A stretch of DNA of 64,000 nucleotides from the human T2T-CHM13v2.0 reference genome, Homo sapiens. The stretch lies in NCBI RefSeq assembly GCF_009914755.1, contig NC_060927.1; one strand, written 5' to 3'. The notes below the pieces were generated by a model. The model saw only the letters and a list, made by a program, of their open reading frames with translations, was not told the origin of the DNA and did no database searches. This document shows positions 14,041 to 24,989 of this stretch, piece by piece. Each line of letters opens with the position of its first letter. Position 1 is the first letter of the stretch. The translations under genes were made by a program, and so were the position numbers.

Positions 14041-15134
14041 TAATAAGCAAGTTCAAGTCAGCAACTTACCTCAAAATGAATAGATAAAACCCAATTCCTC
14101 CCCTCTAATACTTATATTATCTTCGGAAGAGAAAGATGTTTAAATAGAGAATGTCATCCTGCCAGGTTCTATTTTTGAGGTATTTACAGGATCTAGCAGA
14201 TATTCAAAAGAAGGAAATTGAACCCATCTAGGTGGGGTGATCAGGAAGTTCTTGGTGGCATAATATGGATAGTAGGCATTGTTAAATACTGAGTGGAATG
14301 AGCCAGGAGGAGGAGAAATGCAAAGCTAACTCTGGTATGTGAGTGTCTTTCTTTACATTCCCTCTGTGTTTGATTACCAAATAAATTTTTTATGTGGAAT
14401 TTATAAGTGAATTATTTTTTAGAGAGTGTTTGTTTTCTACCCACTGACAAAGAAGCGGCATTCATGTCAAGGCCGTCATGGCAAATGAGGGCTAAACTTA
14501 TGAAGATTGGTCAGTTGCAGTAAGATTTGTGAATAATTTGATAATAAGATTCAGAATCGTTTCTGAAGGATTTGTAAATAATTGCTAGAAGGGTTAGGTT
14601 GTAATTATGCATTAAAAAGAAACCAGAGTAACCCAGTTTCCATTATTTTCTATTTCCTTGCAATGATATAGAGCTATAAAAATGGCTGGATTTTTTTGTG
14701 CAATCAGCAGAGAAAGTAAGAAAGCTAAGAAACACTGGAAGGCACGTTAACTTTTTTAGGCCAACTCACAACCCCCTAGTATTATTAATGAAACTTTAGC
14801 ACAGCCTAGTTGTGCATGTGTTTTGTGTTAAATTGATAACAAAATGAAAGTGTGATAGGCAAAGCATTAGGGGAAATTCTGGGTGCCATTTGATATCCTT
14901 TTTTTAATTCTTATTAGGAGCCTGTCTTCAAAGTGTCTTTCAGTTTGGCTTAATGTGAAAAAGAGGAGAATACTTATTTTATATAATAATGTGACATTAT
15001 ACGAAATGAGAATAAAAGGATGGAGGGAGTTCAAATCTGGGAGAGGCTGAGAAGAGGAAGGGTAGCAAAAAGCCAGATGGAATGTGGAGAGAAGATAAAT
15101 CAGGATATGGAATGTATGCACTCTTCTTTTCCAG

Positions 15135-15378
15135 GTAGTGGTCTTTCAGAAAGTCCAGAAGCAGTTCATATCCTGACATTACTTCCTCTCAGGAGAATTG
15201 GAAACTTATGTACAAAAACAGTGTTACCAGGAAGCCACAGACAATATAAAATGTGTAGGCTCTTCCAAGAAGATTTATCATCAATTACTATGAAATGCAA
15301 AAACAAACAATCACCTGTAAGGGGAACGCTGGAAAAAACTGTAAACTGTCAAGTGTGGAATTAAAAAAAAAAATCCAG
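15135..15378 (+). other. Candidate non-coding internal exon (244 nt)
   Basis: acceptor ctcttcttttccag|G ending at 15134; consensus donor CAG|gtaagt at 15379; non-repetitive content; no transcript evidence available. Confidence 0.3.
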
Positions 15379-16169
15379 GTAAGTCTCATTCATGAACCCT
15401 TCTCTCCCTCTTCAGCAGAAAATAATAGTATACATGAACAGAAGTAGTGCTATCTACGGGCAATTTTCAGATAAGTCAAAATTATTAGCATGATATGGGA
15501 AAGGGATGGGAGAGAGAAAGATAATCCAAAATAAAGCAAAGAAAAAATTTTAGTTAGTAATGGAAGCTAAAACAAAGAATTGGCTGTGGGAAAATATCTG
15601 TGAAGGTCTATAGGGACTGAGATTTCAACTCCCAGTATAGAATAAAGCACAGCTTTGATGGTTATCAGTTTAATTTGTTCTTGAATTAAAGTAGGCTTTT
15701 CTTTCACTTGTTTCCATGGATCCACTGAACTGGGTAGCTGCTAGCTAGAGTTTCAATAGGGATATACAGACACAACATTTAGATTCAAGTGAATAGGCCA
15801 TATTATATAAAAAACATATTTGGCAGAAAAATCTTTATTTGAACCATAAAGAATGGATGAGTTTATGAGATAAATCAAAGCAACTATATAATAGGTGATT
15901 TGCATAGACACAGAAGTCATAACAAATGGCCTATGTTTCTTTCAAGATCTAGTTCAAAGACCTTCCCTTGATCTCCTGATCAAAATTAATCATCCTTCCT
16001 CTTCACTCTCACTGTTCTCTATTGTAACAATTATTTCATGTTCCCTTTATTATTATATACATGCTTTATCCTTGAAGACAAGAACTATGTCTATCAGAGT
16101 TTTGTTTGACCACTATACACACACATGCATCTTTCCCCTAGCATATGGGGTATAATATTGTGCAGGTAT

Positions 16170-16350
16170 TGGCAGCATGAACTCTAATCACAGAGCAACA
16201 CAAAATTTTGAACATGGCTCACCATGTAAATGTTAGATTAGATTAACTATACAAATCTGAGATAACTTACTTAGCCTTTTAAATTTTGTTTCTTGTTTTG
16301 CGAATTTGGATAATTCCTATTGAACCAGTTGCCACAGGGTGAATTGAGAT
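16170..16350 (+). mobile_element. MIR
   Basis: diverged MIR core (ataacttacttagcctttt...tttcttgttttgcgaatttggataat). Confidence 0.45.
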
Positions 16351-16544
16351 ATATTTGTCCCACCTCTTTCAGCTGCCATAGAAAGACAACTTGAATCATC
16401 TTACACAAGGAAGAAAAAAAAAAAAAAAAGCAGATGGAGAAGGTGGCTTTGGCTAGGGAAATGAAACTGGGAAAGCTCTCAGATCAAAGAAAGGATTCAA
16501 GGATTCCAGGACACTCCTGGGTTTTTAGGTATATTGTTTCCCCC

Positions 16545-16831
16545 AGAGAGATGGGGTCTAGCTCTGCAGCCCAAGCTGAAGTATAGTGACGCAATGGTAG
16601 CTCACCACAGCCTCGAACTCCTGGGCTTAAGCAATCCTCCTACCTCAGCCTCCCAAGTAGGTGAGAATACAGGTGCACACCTCCATGCTTGCTTATACTT
16701 TTTATTTTTAATTTAGAGACGGAGTCTTGCTATGTAGTCGAGTCTGGTCTTGAACTTCTGGCTTCAAGTGATCTTCCCTCTTCAACCTTCTAACGTGCTG
16801 GGATTACAGGTGTAAGCCACCACTCCCAGCT
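16545..16831 (-). mobile_element. AluJ
   Basis: antisense dimer with J-type gctcaccacagcctcgaactcctgggcttaagcaatcctcc; CpG-depleted. Confidence 0.92.
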
Positions 16832-17399
16832 GAGTCTTCAGGTATTTCTGAACTCAACTCCAGCAGCACCATTTTCCTGAGCTCCTAATTTCCACATTTT
16901 AATAAATGTCAGCTTTATTTCCTCAGTCTTTGTATATGTGAAGGGAGGGGCTTTCAAAACAACAAAGAATTCATTCTCCCTGTGAACTCTAGCATTACAA
17001 ATGCCAAGAAAGGACTTCAGGTTGTCTCACTGAGGCCCTGTGTCCACTCCTGGTTATAATCAGGAACTTACTAGAAAGAGGGAAGAAATGGATTCTTAGC
17101 GGATAAAAGGCAGTAACTAGAAAGTGCACCCCACACCAGATGCTTAGCACAATGATTACATATAGTGAAAGCTTAATGAGTGGTGTCTTTTTTAAAAATA
17201 ATTTTCATGAACAACCAGTGAACTCTAGATAAACAATGATTTTACTATCTGCAGTGGCTTATGCAATACGAATTTGTTACATGTATATCTGCGGACAGGG
17301 TGAAAAAATAATGATCTGGATTATTATAGTGCACATCTTTCCTATATCAGTAAATTGCAATATCCATCCTAAGCATACAAGTTTAGCAATTGATTCTCT

Positions 17400-18035
17400 C
17401 TAGACTGCATAAAGACCCAGTCCACTTCTTTCCACTTCTGTGGATACAAACCCAGACTAAGGCACTGACATGCCTCAATGGATTGCTAGGCTTCTAAATA
17501 AATTCTCTGCTTTCACTTTTTTCCTTAGTGGCTGATTTCACCACAGTAACCACAGTGATCTTTTAAAAGCATATTCAACTCTTCTGTTTGAAATGAGTGT
17601 CTGCTCATTGCAATAAGAATTTAATCTAAATCTCTAACTAGGCTTAAAATTCTTCCGCCATCCAGCCTCTGCCTCCCACGGCACCCTCATCCCTTACTGC
17701 TCTATGTCCCTGTATGACTAGCCTTCCTTCTGTCTTTCAGGAACCCAACATACTCCCAGCTGAAGATGTTGACACTGTTTTTCCTTTCCAGAATGTTCTT
17801 CTTTCAGACTGTTATGAGGCTGCCTCTTTTGTGATCCTTCTTCAGATTGCTAATGAAATGCGTCGCCATAACCAGGAGCCTTCCCTAATATTTTTGGCTA
17901 ATGTAACACACCCCGATCTCATTTCCCATTCCCTTCACTAGAATATAAACTCCCAGCAGGTAAGAATTATAGCTCTCTTGTCCACTACATTATCCCTAGG
18001 CTTAATATATAGGAGGGACTTAGTAATTATATGAT
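17400..18035 (+). mobile_element. L2 3' fragment
   Basis: cagtaaccacagtgatcttttaaaagc...ctagaatataaactcccagcagg...cttagtaattatatgatg. Confidence 0.75.
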
Positions 18036-18444
18036 GGTAATAGACCAAGGGTGATTAAAGTAGAAAAAAGAAAAGTTGCCAGCTCAAAACTCTCACATTA
18101 ATAGATGTTAAAACTTGGAATTAAGAAACAGTCTCTGTAGGGCTTTGTTAGAGAGATGATTTGACACACTGTCATTGAGATGTGAGGGGTATTGCAGACC
18201 GGATAAGTAAGTGGTTACCTGATAAAGTCCTAAGGGAATGGAACCCAAATTAAATATTTTTGAGGAACAACAGAGAAATAAACATCAGATAGATTTAGGA
18301 ACCTGCTCAGACTTCTTATCCTGTGATTTGTACAACCAGGAAACAGTATAAAGTAAAAGACCACTAGGCTCCTTAGAAAGACCACAGTACTAATATTTAA
18401 GGCAATCATGGTTCCTAATTTTCTGGAAATGTAGACATTGAAAT

Positions 18445-18605
18445 GGCAGAATAACAGCAGGCTTAGTGTTGGAAGACCAGACAGAGGTAGTCATGACCTT
18501 GTTGGGTGACCTTGAACAAATCCCTCTTGTCACTGACCTCCAGTTTTCACCTCTGCAAAATGAGGGTTGGCTTAACGACATGTAGAGCCTTTCCTACCCT
18601 AATAT
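18445..18605 (+). mobile_element. MIR (MIR3/MIRc type)
   Basis: gggtgaccttgaacaaatccct...ctccagttttcacctctgcaaaatgaggg. Confidence 0.75.
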
Positions 18606-19742
18606 ATATGAGCCTATAGACTTCCTCACAGAAGCATTCTTCAAATATAAAAGAAAGGTTTACAGAGCCTTGGGAGTCTTCCTTAAAGTCTATAGGGAGT
18701 GAACACCAAGAAAAAGTATATCAATTGCCAGGCAGCTTCTCCCAGGTACAAACTAGGATGGATGTGGCAGTAACCATCCTGGGACTGTCCTCTTTATTTT
18801 GTCAGCTCAGTAGAGGATAAACGAGGAATGTTAAGATGAAGTCATGGGTGTGTGTGTGCTTGTGTTTTTATGCTTGTAGATTTTGTGTCTTTTATTATAT
18901 TGGTTTGACCTTCTTTAAAAATTAACAACAACAAAAGGCAGTTTTATTTTAGGGCTTTTAAAAAATATTGTTCATAGTATCTTTGTCATAGCTCCCAAGA
19001 ATCTCAACTACAGCTGAAGCTGCAAAATCTTTGTCTTGTTAGCTGCAGATATTACTATCTTAATGTGGGTTACAGATTCTACTACAAGCCTGAAAAGAAC
19101 CAGAGATCCAGCGGAAGAGGTTACATGCTTAATTCTTAATTCTTGTATCTGTTATACTTTGAGTGCACCAAAGCAGTGAAAATTTTCCAGAGCAAACTCA
19201 GATATGCCCCAGATTTTGGAGGACAGGATCTATCCATCAAGAATTTCAGGTTAGATTCCAATAGCCAGTGACTGAGTCTCACAAGCAAAATGAGGAATTG
19301 CCTCTTTGAGAGAGAATTCCACAGAAGGGAGGCACCTCGTGTGGGATGAAATGAAGCTTGCTATTGGAAACAGGTCTTCATGAAGACTAGTCACTACAAA
19401 AGTTTTGGTGATATTAGAAACAGACACTTTAAAATTCCATCTTTATCAGAAATGTTTCTGCTTGCTATTTACAGGATGGAACTGAACTAGGAAAAGCCAA
19501 GGGTAATGGTCTTATCCTAATACAATTTGCAAACCTCACTGTTTTCACTGTTCTGTGGCCATTTCAAGACAGGTTTAAGGAAGTAGATATAAAATAAGTA
19601 GTAAGTATGATTCTCTGTGCAACAGGTTAGAAGATAAAAAATATATATATATTTGCTACTAAAGATTTAAACAGAGGTCCTCAATTTTTTAGCATTTAGA
19701 CAGCAATTTTTTACAGATATGTATGAAATGTTCAACCCTCCA

Positions 19743-20395
19743 TGTGAGAGGAAACTGGAATACTTTGCCCCAAAATCTACTTCTTTGGCATATTTCAAGA
19801 CGGCTATTCAAAGGGGCTACAGACAGTAGAATAGCTCTGAAAAGCTGTCTTTTTGTGGGAGGGATTTTCATCTGTAGAGGAAATCTACATTAGTGAAGTA
19901 AAGAACAGATGCAAACAGGCTTTCTCTGAGACTCCCCTTATCTGCCTTGTCTAGATCTAGGAAAGATTAACTCACGGGAAAAGGAGACCTAATAGTCTGA
20001 CACTTTTAAATGTCTGAGAGAGAAACTTTAACTACAGCCTACTGTTTATCCTTTCTCCTGGCAGCTCGAAGATTACCTGAGAGGTTTTCATCTGCATAAC
20101 AAGACAGCCTTTGCTTGGCATGCCTTCCTCCCCTCACTCTTCCAGAACCTGTGATGCCACCTCCCCCTGGGAAACCCCAATCTCCTGTTCTTTCTGTAGC
20201 CTCAGGATGATAGAAACATTTTAACCACCTGGCTCCACCTCTGAGCCTCATACATAGCACATGGCTTCTGTGCTGACGCACATGATAAAATCTGTATTTT
20301 TTATACATTTTTTTCTTTTAATCTATCTATTGTCAATTCATCTCAATAGACTTAGACCTGAACCTTCAAAGAGAAAGTTTGAACTTTTCTAAACA
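19743..20395 (+). mobile_element. ERV1 solo LTR (MER34/MER39-like)
   Basis: TG...CA ends; ccccaaaatctacttctttggcatatttcaagacggctattcaaagggg...gaatagctctgaaaagctgtcttt. Confidence 0.75.
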
Positions 20396-20412
20396 TGAAA
20401 ATAATAAATAGG

Positions 20413-20413
<1 letters not shown>

Positions 20414-20449
<36 letters not shown>
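20414..20449. repeat. (CA)n microsatellite
   Basis: direct reading. Confidence 0.97.
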
Positions 20450-20451
<2 letters not shown>

Positions 20452-20553
20452 CTTATTATCTGGACAGAGGAAAATAATACCAAAAGAAATCTCCTGCTAA
20501 AGAGAATGCAAGGAGGGTTAAAAGATCGTTATTGCATATTATAAATATAAAAA

Positions 20554-21044
20554 TGTTGTAGAATCCCAAAATCCAGTTTTGCATACCCAATGCATAGTAA
20601 GCCAAACACTGACACATCAGCACTTAGGAGCAGAGACGTATTTGATTTTTCCAAAGCAAGAAAGTCGGAGAGACAAATATCACAAATTCAACCTGCCTTT
20701 GAACATAACTGGGAGCTTAGCTTTTATGAGTAAGGTAGGTATGCGGGAGGTGAGATCCCCAGATGATCAAAGATGTTTTCTTCCCTCAGCCTGATCAAAC
20801 TCCTGGATGCCATCAAGGAGGTCTGCATGACCTAAGGATCATTTTTCTTTAAAAGAAAAACAAGTTCATTAATCTTGCGGGCAGCCCTCCGGGGTTAGTG
20901 TATGAAGTTAATCAATTACTAGTGACTCCCCTCTATAGAAATGACTATGAGCAATAAGCGTGTGTGGAGGGGGAAAAGGAAAAAGAGAAAGGAAGGTAAA
21001 TAAAACAAACACCTTAAAATTTTTATAACGCAGGCTTGGTTACA
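20554..21044 (-). mobile_element. ERV1 (MER4-group-like) solo LTR
   Basis: tgttg...ggttaca termini flanked by AAAA on both sides (possible 4-bp TSD); reverse complement starts tgtaacc; subfamily not assigned. Confidence 0.6.
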
Positions 21045-21061
21045 AAAAGAGAAGAAATTCA

Positions 21062-21616
<555 letters not shown>

Positions 21617-21649
21617 TTATAGTATCAAGTATGGTACCATTCACCAACT

Positions 21650-21932
21650 CAAGGATGAGTATCAAGGATGAGTTCAAATCCTATACCTTTAATAAAGCCT
21701 TTCTAATTATTGTAGCTCACAATGATATCTCTCTACTATGACAATCTTTATTAGCTAATACAGATTTTCCCCTTAATTACAATCCATTTTGTCTCAATTT
21801 CTACCTGCTTCATTTGTGTTCATCATGTTTCTCACAAGAAACTTAGAACTCTTTGATGACTAATTTTATAGTATAAAATGGTCAGACACAGTTTTAGGTA
21901 CTAAGCACTAAATAAACACATTACTGACTACT
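21650..21932 (+). mobile_element. L2 3' end fragment
   Basis: cacagttttaggtactaagcactaaataaacacattactgact is an L2-like terminus; it abuts the end of the env-like fossil. Confidence 0.5.
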
Positions 21933-21934
21933 AT

Positions 21935-23200
21935 AAAGTGAGGAGGAAAATCATAATCCAAAATCAAAACAATTACAGTCACAACCTCATGTGCTTTGCT
22001 TAATTCGCAGGACAGATATGGATCCTGTCCAGCGACAAGAAGGGAACTTGCATAAAGGGTTTACTTTATGTACACTTCAGTCATATTCACCCTGCTGTGT
22101 GGTCAAAAATTCATATTATCAGAGTGCCAACAATGCATCAAATGTGCTGTTAATTTCACTCACAGCAGAGGTTCTGCACTTTGATGAGAACCACTTAAAT
22201 TTAATAGAGAAGCAAGCTGCCCTATGCCTGGTCTCAAACTGGAAAGTGACCCAAAAGCCAGGAGACAGATTTATGTGACATGCACAGAAGGTGATATGTG
22301 CCTCTTGGCCCACAGAGCAGATTTTTGGCCAGAGCTTGATGAGTAGATACGGCAGTCTGGAGACAGAACCTCCGTTGTGCTGTGCACGAGTAGGCAGGCT
22401 TGTTTCTTTCATGCATGGCCCAGAAAAAGGACAACCCTCATTTTAGAGAGCTGATAAAAGTGTAAAAAAAAAAATTTATCCAATAGAGCAGCTCTATGCA
22501 GACACCAAGGCAACCAGCAGTCCTGGAGGGAGGGTGCAGCCTGCCAAGACGATTGTCAGAAATGGTTGCCAGAGTCAGATGCTATGGATGTAGGAATACT
22601 GTCTGTAGCTTGGAGTTTGGAACCTACATTAAGTTCAAAGACGAGCGGCAATGACTGATTCAATTCCCAGGGGAACACCCAAGCTATGTTATCTATAATT
22701 TATTTGACTTTAAAGGCAATCTTTGATTTCGAGGACATACACAAGGAATGATGTTTCCTCTGTAAGAGAATCTGCCTTAGAGCGTGTGTGCTCTGGATCT
22801 CTCTAAAGATGAGCATGAAGATTGAAATGACAGAGGGTGCTCATCATGAACTGTCTTGATTAGGTAAATTCTGATTATATTTGAGTCAAGCCATGGGAGT
22901 ATAAGCATAACTCTAAAGCAACAAGCCTAATTGGTTCAACAGAGTTATGAAAACTGGAGCAGAATTGTCAATCGCCGTACCTAACTAACGGAACAATAGA
23001 GCCACCCTACAAATAGTTGGGAAATTTAGAAAGTAATCTGTCAAAGTCTGCACAGCAGTTGTTGAAATGCTTGTCCCCAAATTGTAACCAGAGTGAGGAT
23101 GGGTTAGGTAAGTGATGATGGCTGGAACTTTTGTCTCAGATCAAAACTTAAGACTATACTCACCTAGCTAATATCCTCCAGTAGTGTATTAGGCTGTTTT
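21935..23200 (-). pseudogene. env-like class I fusion (F-type) glycoprotein remnant
   Basis: basic site LRQK-F (23125-23139), then a fusion-peptide-like AIIT..SGYNLGTSISTTAVQTL (23042-23092), LGTAIDNS, LIFREIQST (22787-22813), GRFSY (22762-22776), SLGVPLGIE (22659-22685), ELNVG, FQTPS, CPF..PTRAQHNGG, INLSPGFWVTF, SEINSTFDA (22134-22160), and hydrophobic VVTVIVLI/MIFLLTL TM-like segment (~21935-21987). Confidence 0.6.
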
Positions 23201-23276
23201 AAGGACAATCAGATTATTGATGTAAATGCAACTGAAAGGGATGTAATCTTTATTCATGTCTTGCAAAGTACATATT

Positions 23277-23310
23277 CTCTCTCTCTGTGTGTGTGTGTGT
23301 GTGTGTGTGT
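23277..23310. repeat. (CT)n(GT)n compound microsatellite
   Basis: direct reading; sits at the IN/env boundary of the fossil. Confidence 0.95.
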
Positions 23311-23669
23311 TTAGGGAGTGTAATTATTAAAGTAAACAATATAGCAACAAAATCATCCCAAGTTTTAGCATATATACACAACATATCAGTGTTAGATATA
23401 TAGCAATTGCATAGTCTAATAATTACCCAATAGGATACCTTTACTCTAGGAGATGAAGTTTGAATAATTACATGCACAGCTTATGTCTGGCCACAACTTC
23501 AGTTGCTATAATCAGAAGTATCCTTAAAAGAATGAGGTCATACACAAATGTAATCAACACCTGCTATACTATGCTTTTATGACCCAAGCATGTCGGGACG
23601 TACATCAAACCTTAGATCATTAATGTGTTTTAGCAGTGATTAGTTAGCAGCAAGAATTAGGCACATTTA

Positions 23670-23805
23670 TAGCTACCAATTATTCAGCGAGCTACTGTGC
23701 TATCATAGTAGAGTGTTTTTAGTCTACTCAAAAATTACAAAGTTTCATTTGTTATTTTATGTAGAAAGAAATTGATACCTAGAGAAGTTAAATAATTAGC
23801 CTAGT
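23670..23805 (-). mobile_element. MIR inserted in the fossil integrase core
   Basis: attttatgtagaaagaaattgatacctagagaagttaaataattagcctag matches the antisense MIR core. Confidence 0.65.
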
Positions 23806-24054
23806 AAAATGCTATTGATAAACAGTGTTCCTGGGTGTTACATAATGCTCTAGGTGATATTAAGGATTCATCTTTTTTGTTCCTCTTTATTCTCTGATTC
23901 ATATCTATGTTTCTTTGATTCACGTCTATGTTTCCTAGTGACATGGGAAGTGGGATGGAGTTTTTAGGACGAAGGAAATGCATACTGATGGAGAATGTGA
24001 CAAAGGTACCAAAGATTGCATACATCTATGTTAAGATTCTGTCTAATAATGTAA

Positions 24055-24290
24055 ATGAATGACTTACACAAGTATATGTTTTATAGTTTGTGATAGGTTT
24101 TATATATATTTCCTTACACAGTGACACTGTGAATTGCTGTAGTTTACATTTTGCAGATGTTGAAATTGCAGAGCTCAGAAAGGTTATGTGGCTTGCCTAA
24201 GGTCAAACAATGTAGTATATAGCAGAGCTGGGTCTTAAGCCCAGATTTTCTGAGTCAAAATCTAGTTCTTTCCATTACAGCATTCTTATA
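24055..24290 (-). mobile_element. MIR inserted between the HH and CC halves of the fossil integrase zinc finger
   Basis: cattttgcagatgttgaaattgcagagctcagaaaggttatgtggcttgcctaaggtcaaaca...gcagagctggg is the antisense MIR core plus 5' tRNA-like part. Confidence 0.85.
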
Positions 24291-24559
24291 AATCCTCAGA
24301 ACATAGCTGTTCCTCCAATGTGGGTCTTGGATATATGGTATCAAATCACTTCAGATGATAAATTTAGTTTGTTGCAAAACCATTACTAAGGTAAGTGTAA
24401 ATATCTTATCAATCATCTTATTGTTTGTTGTTACTTTTTGGCATAAGTGAAATTGGATCTATAGGCATTTGGATTCAGACTGTCGATAACTTCCTTCAGA
24501 AGACATTGTAATTGATTCTTTCCTGCATCTTGTTATCAATGTTAATAATATATGCTACT

Positions 24560-24900
24560 CCAACATAATGTACCAGTTTACTGAGTTCAGTGGGATATTC
24601 CTGCATCATCAAACTTCAAAATTGGAGTATTGCTATGAGAAGCATTCATGCTATATTGTTAGCAAGTATAATATTTTATAAAGTTCTTGCTTATATATTT
24701 ATAGAAACTGAGAGTTCTAACCAAATTATGACTGACACACCTTTTACTGTATCGGACCCAGTTGTCTTCTTTTCTGAGGCAAAACACATGTAAGGAGAAT
24801 TTGGATGCAGCAGCATTGAAGAATAAGGTGTTTTTGTACTATGCATTAATGCAGACAGCGTGTAGGGTTGAATTCCATTATGAATGCAACTATTTATATC
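24560..24900 (-). pseudogene. Ty3/gypsy-type RNase H (or retroviral tether) remnant
   Basis: QPYTL..CINA..YSSMLLH..MCFASEKKTTGSDTVKGVSVIIW (SD..K......W at 24721-24756), SFYKYISKNF, YTC*Q (24656-24667), LQF*SLMMQEY resembling LxRWxLxLQEY (24595-24627). Confidence 0.75.
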
Positions 24901-24989
24901 CAATATCCATTATCATTAATGGACAGATTTTCTTGTGACTCCAGTGTGGAATCCATAAAAGATACAAATTTAATAGCAAACAAAGTCAT

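Larger units (their letters stand above)
23312..24345 (-). pseudogene. Integrase remnant (HHCC zinc-binding domain + DDE core), split by two MIRs
   Basis: YHISKTHIGGTAMF (24299-24340), [MIR], DVCNLWYLCHILHQ (23985-24026), FP(W)SLGNIDV (23921-23949), RG(N)K, [MIR], LLKHINDLRFDV (23601-23636), SCGQT* resembling SSGQVE (23481-23498), KTWDDFVAILFTL (23328-23366). Confidence 0.75.

Noticed and set aside
15020-15364. 114-aa ORF overlapping a candidate exon
   Set aside because: No recognisable domain or homology; retained only as a possible non-coding exon.
17950-17970. Donor-like CAG|gtaaga
   Set aside because: Part of the L2 3'-end consensus, with no convincing upstream acceptor.
19743-21044. 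The two ERV1-type LTRs as possible LTRs of the ancient retro-fossil
   Set aside because: They look like independent, younger solo LTRs in opposite orientations with no matching copy upstream of gag. The fossil's own LTRs, PBS and PPT could not be identified.
22559-22600. Minus-strand peptide SIPTSIASDSGNHF resembling the ERV-L/gypsy integrase motif GIPxSIxSDxGxHF
   Set aside because: A complete, collinear integrase is already present at 23312-24345, and the surrounding frames fit the env-like motif series better. Treated as coincidence, though an HMM search should confirm.
22835-22876. IRIYLIKTVHDEHP as a second integrase zinc-finger His pair
   Set aside because: No CxxC at the proper distance, and it lies within the env-like region.
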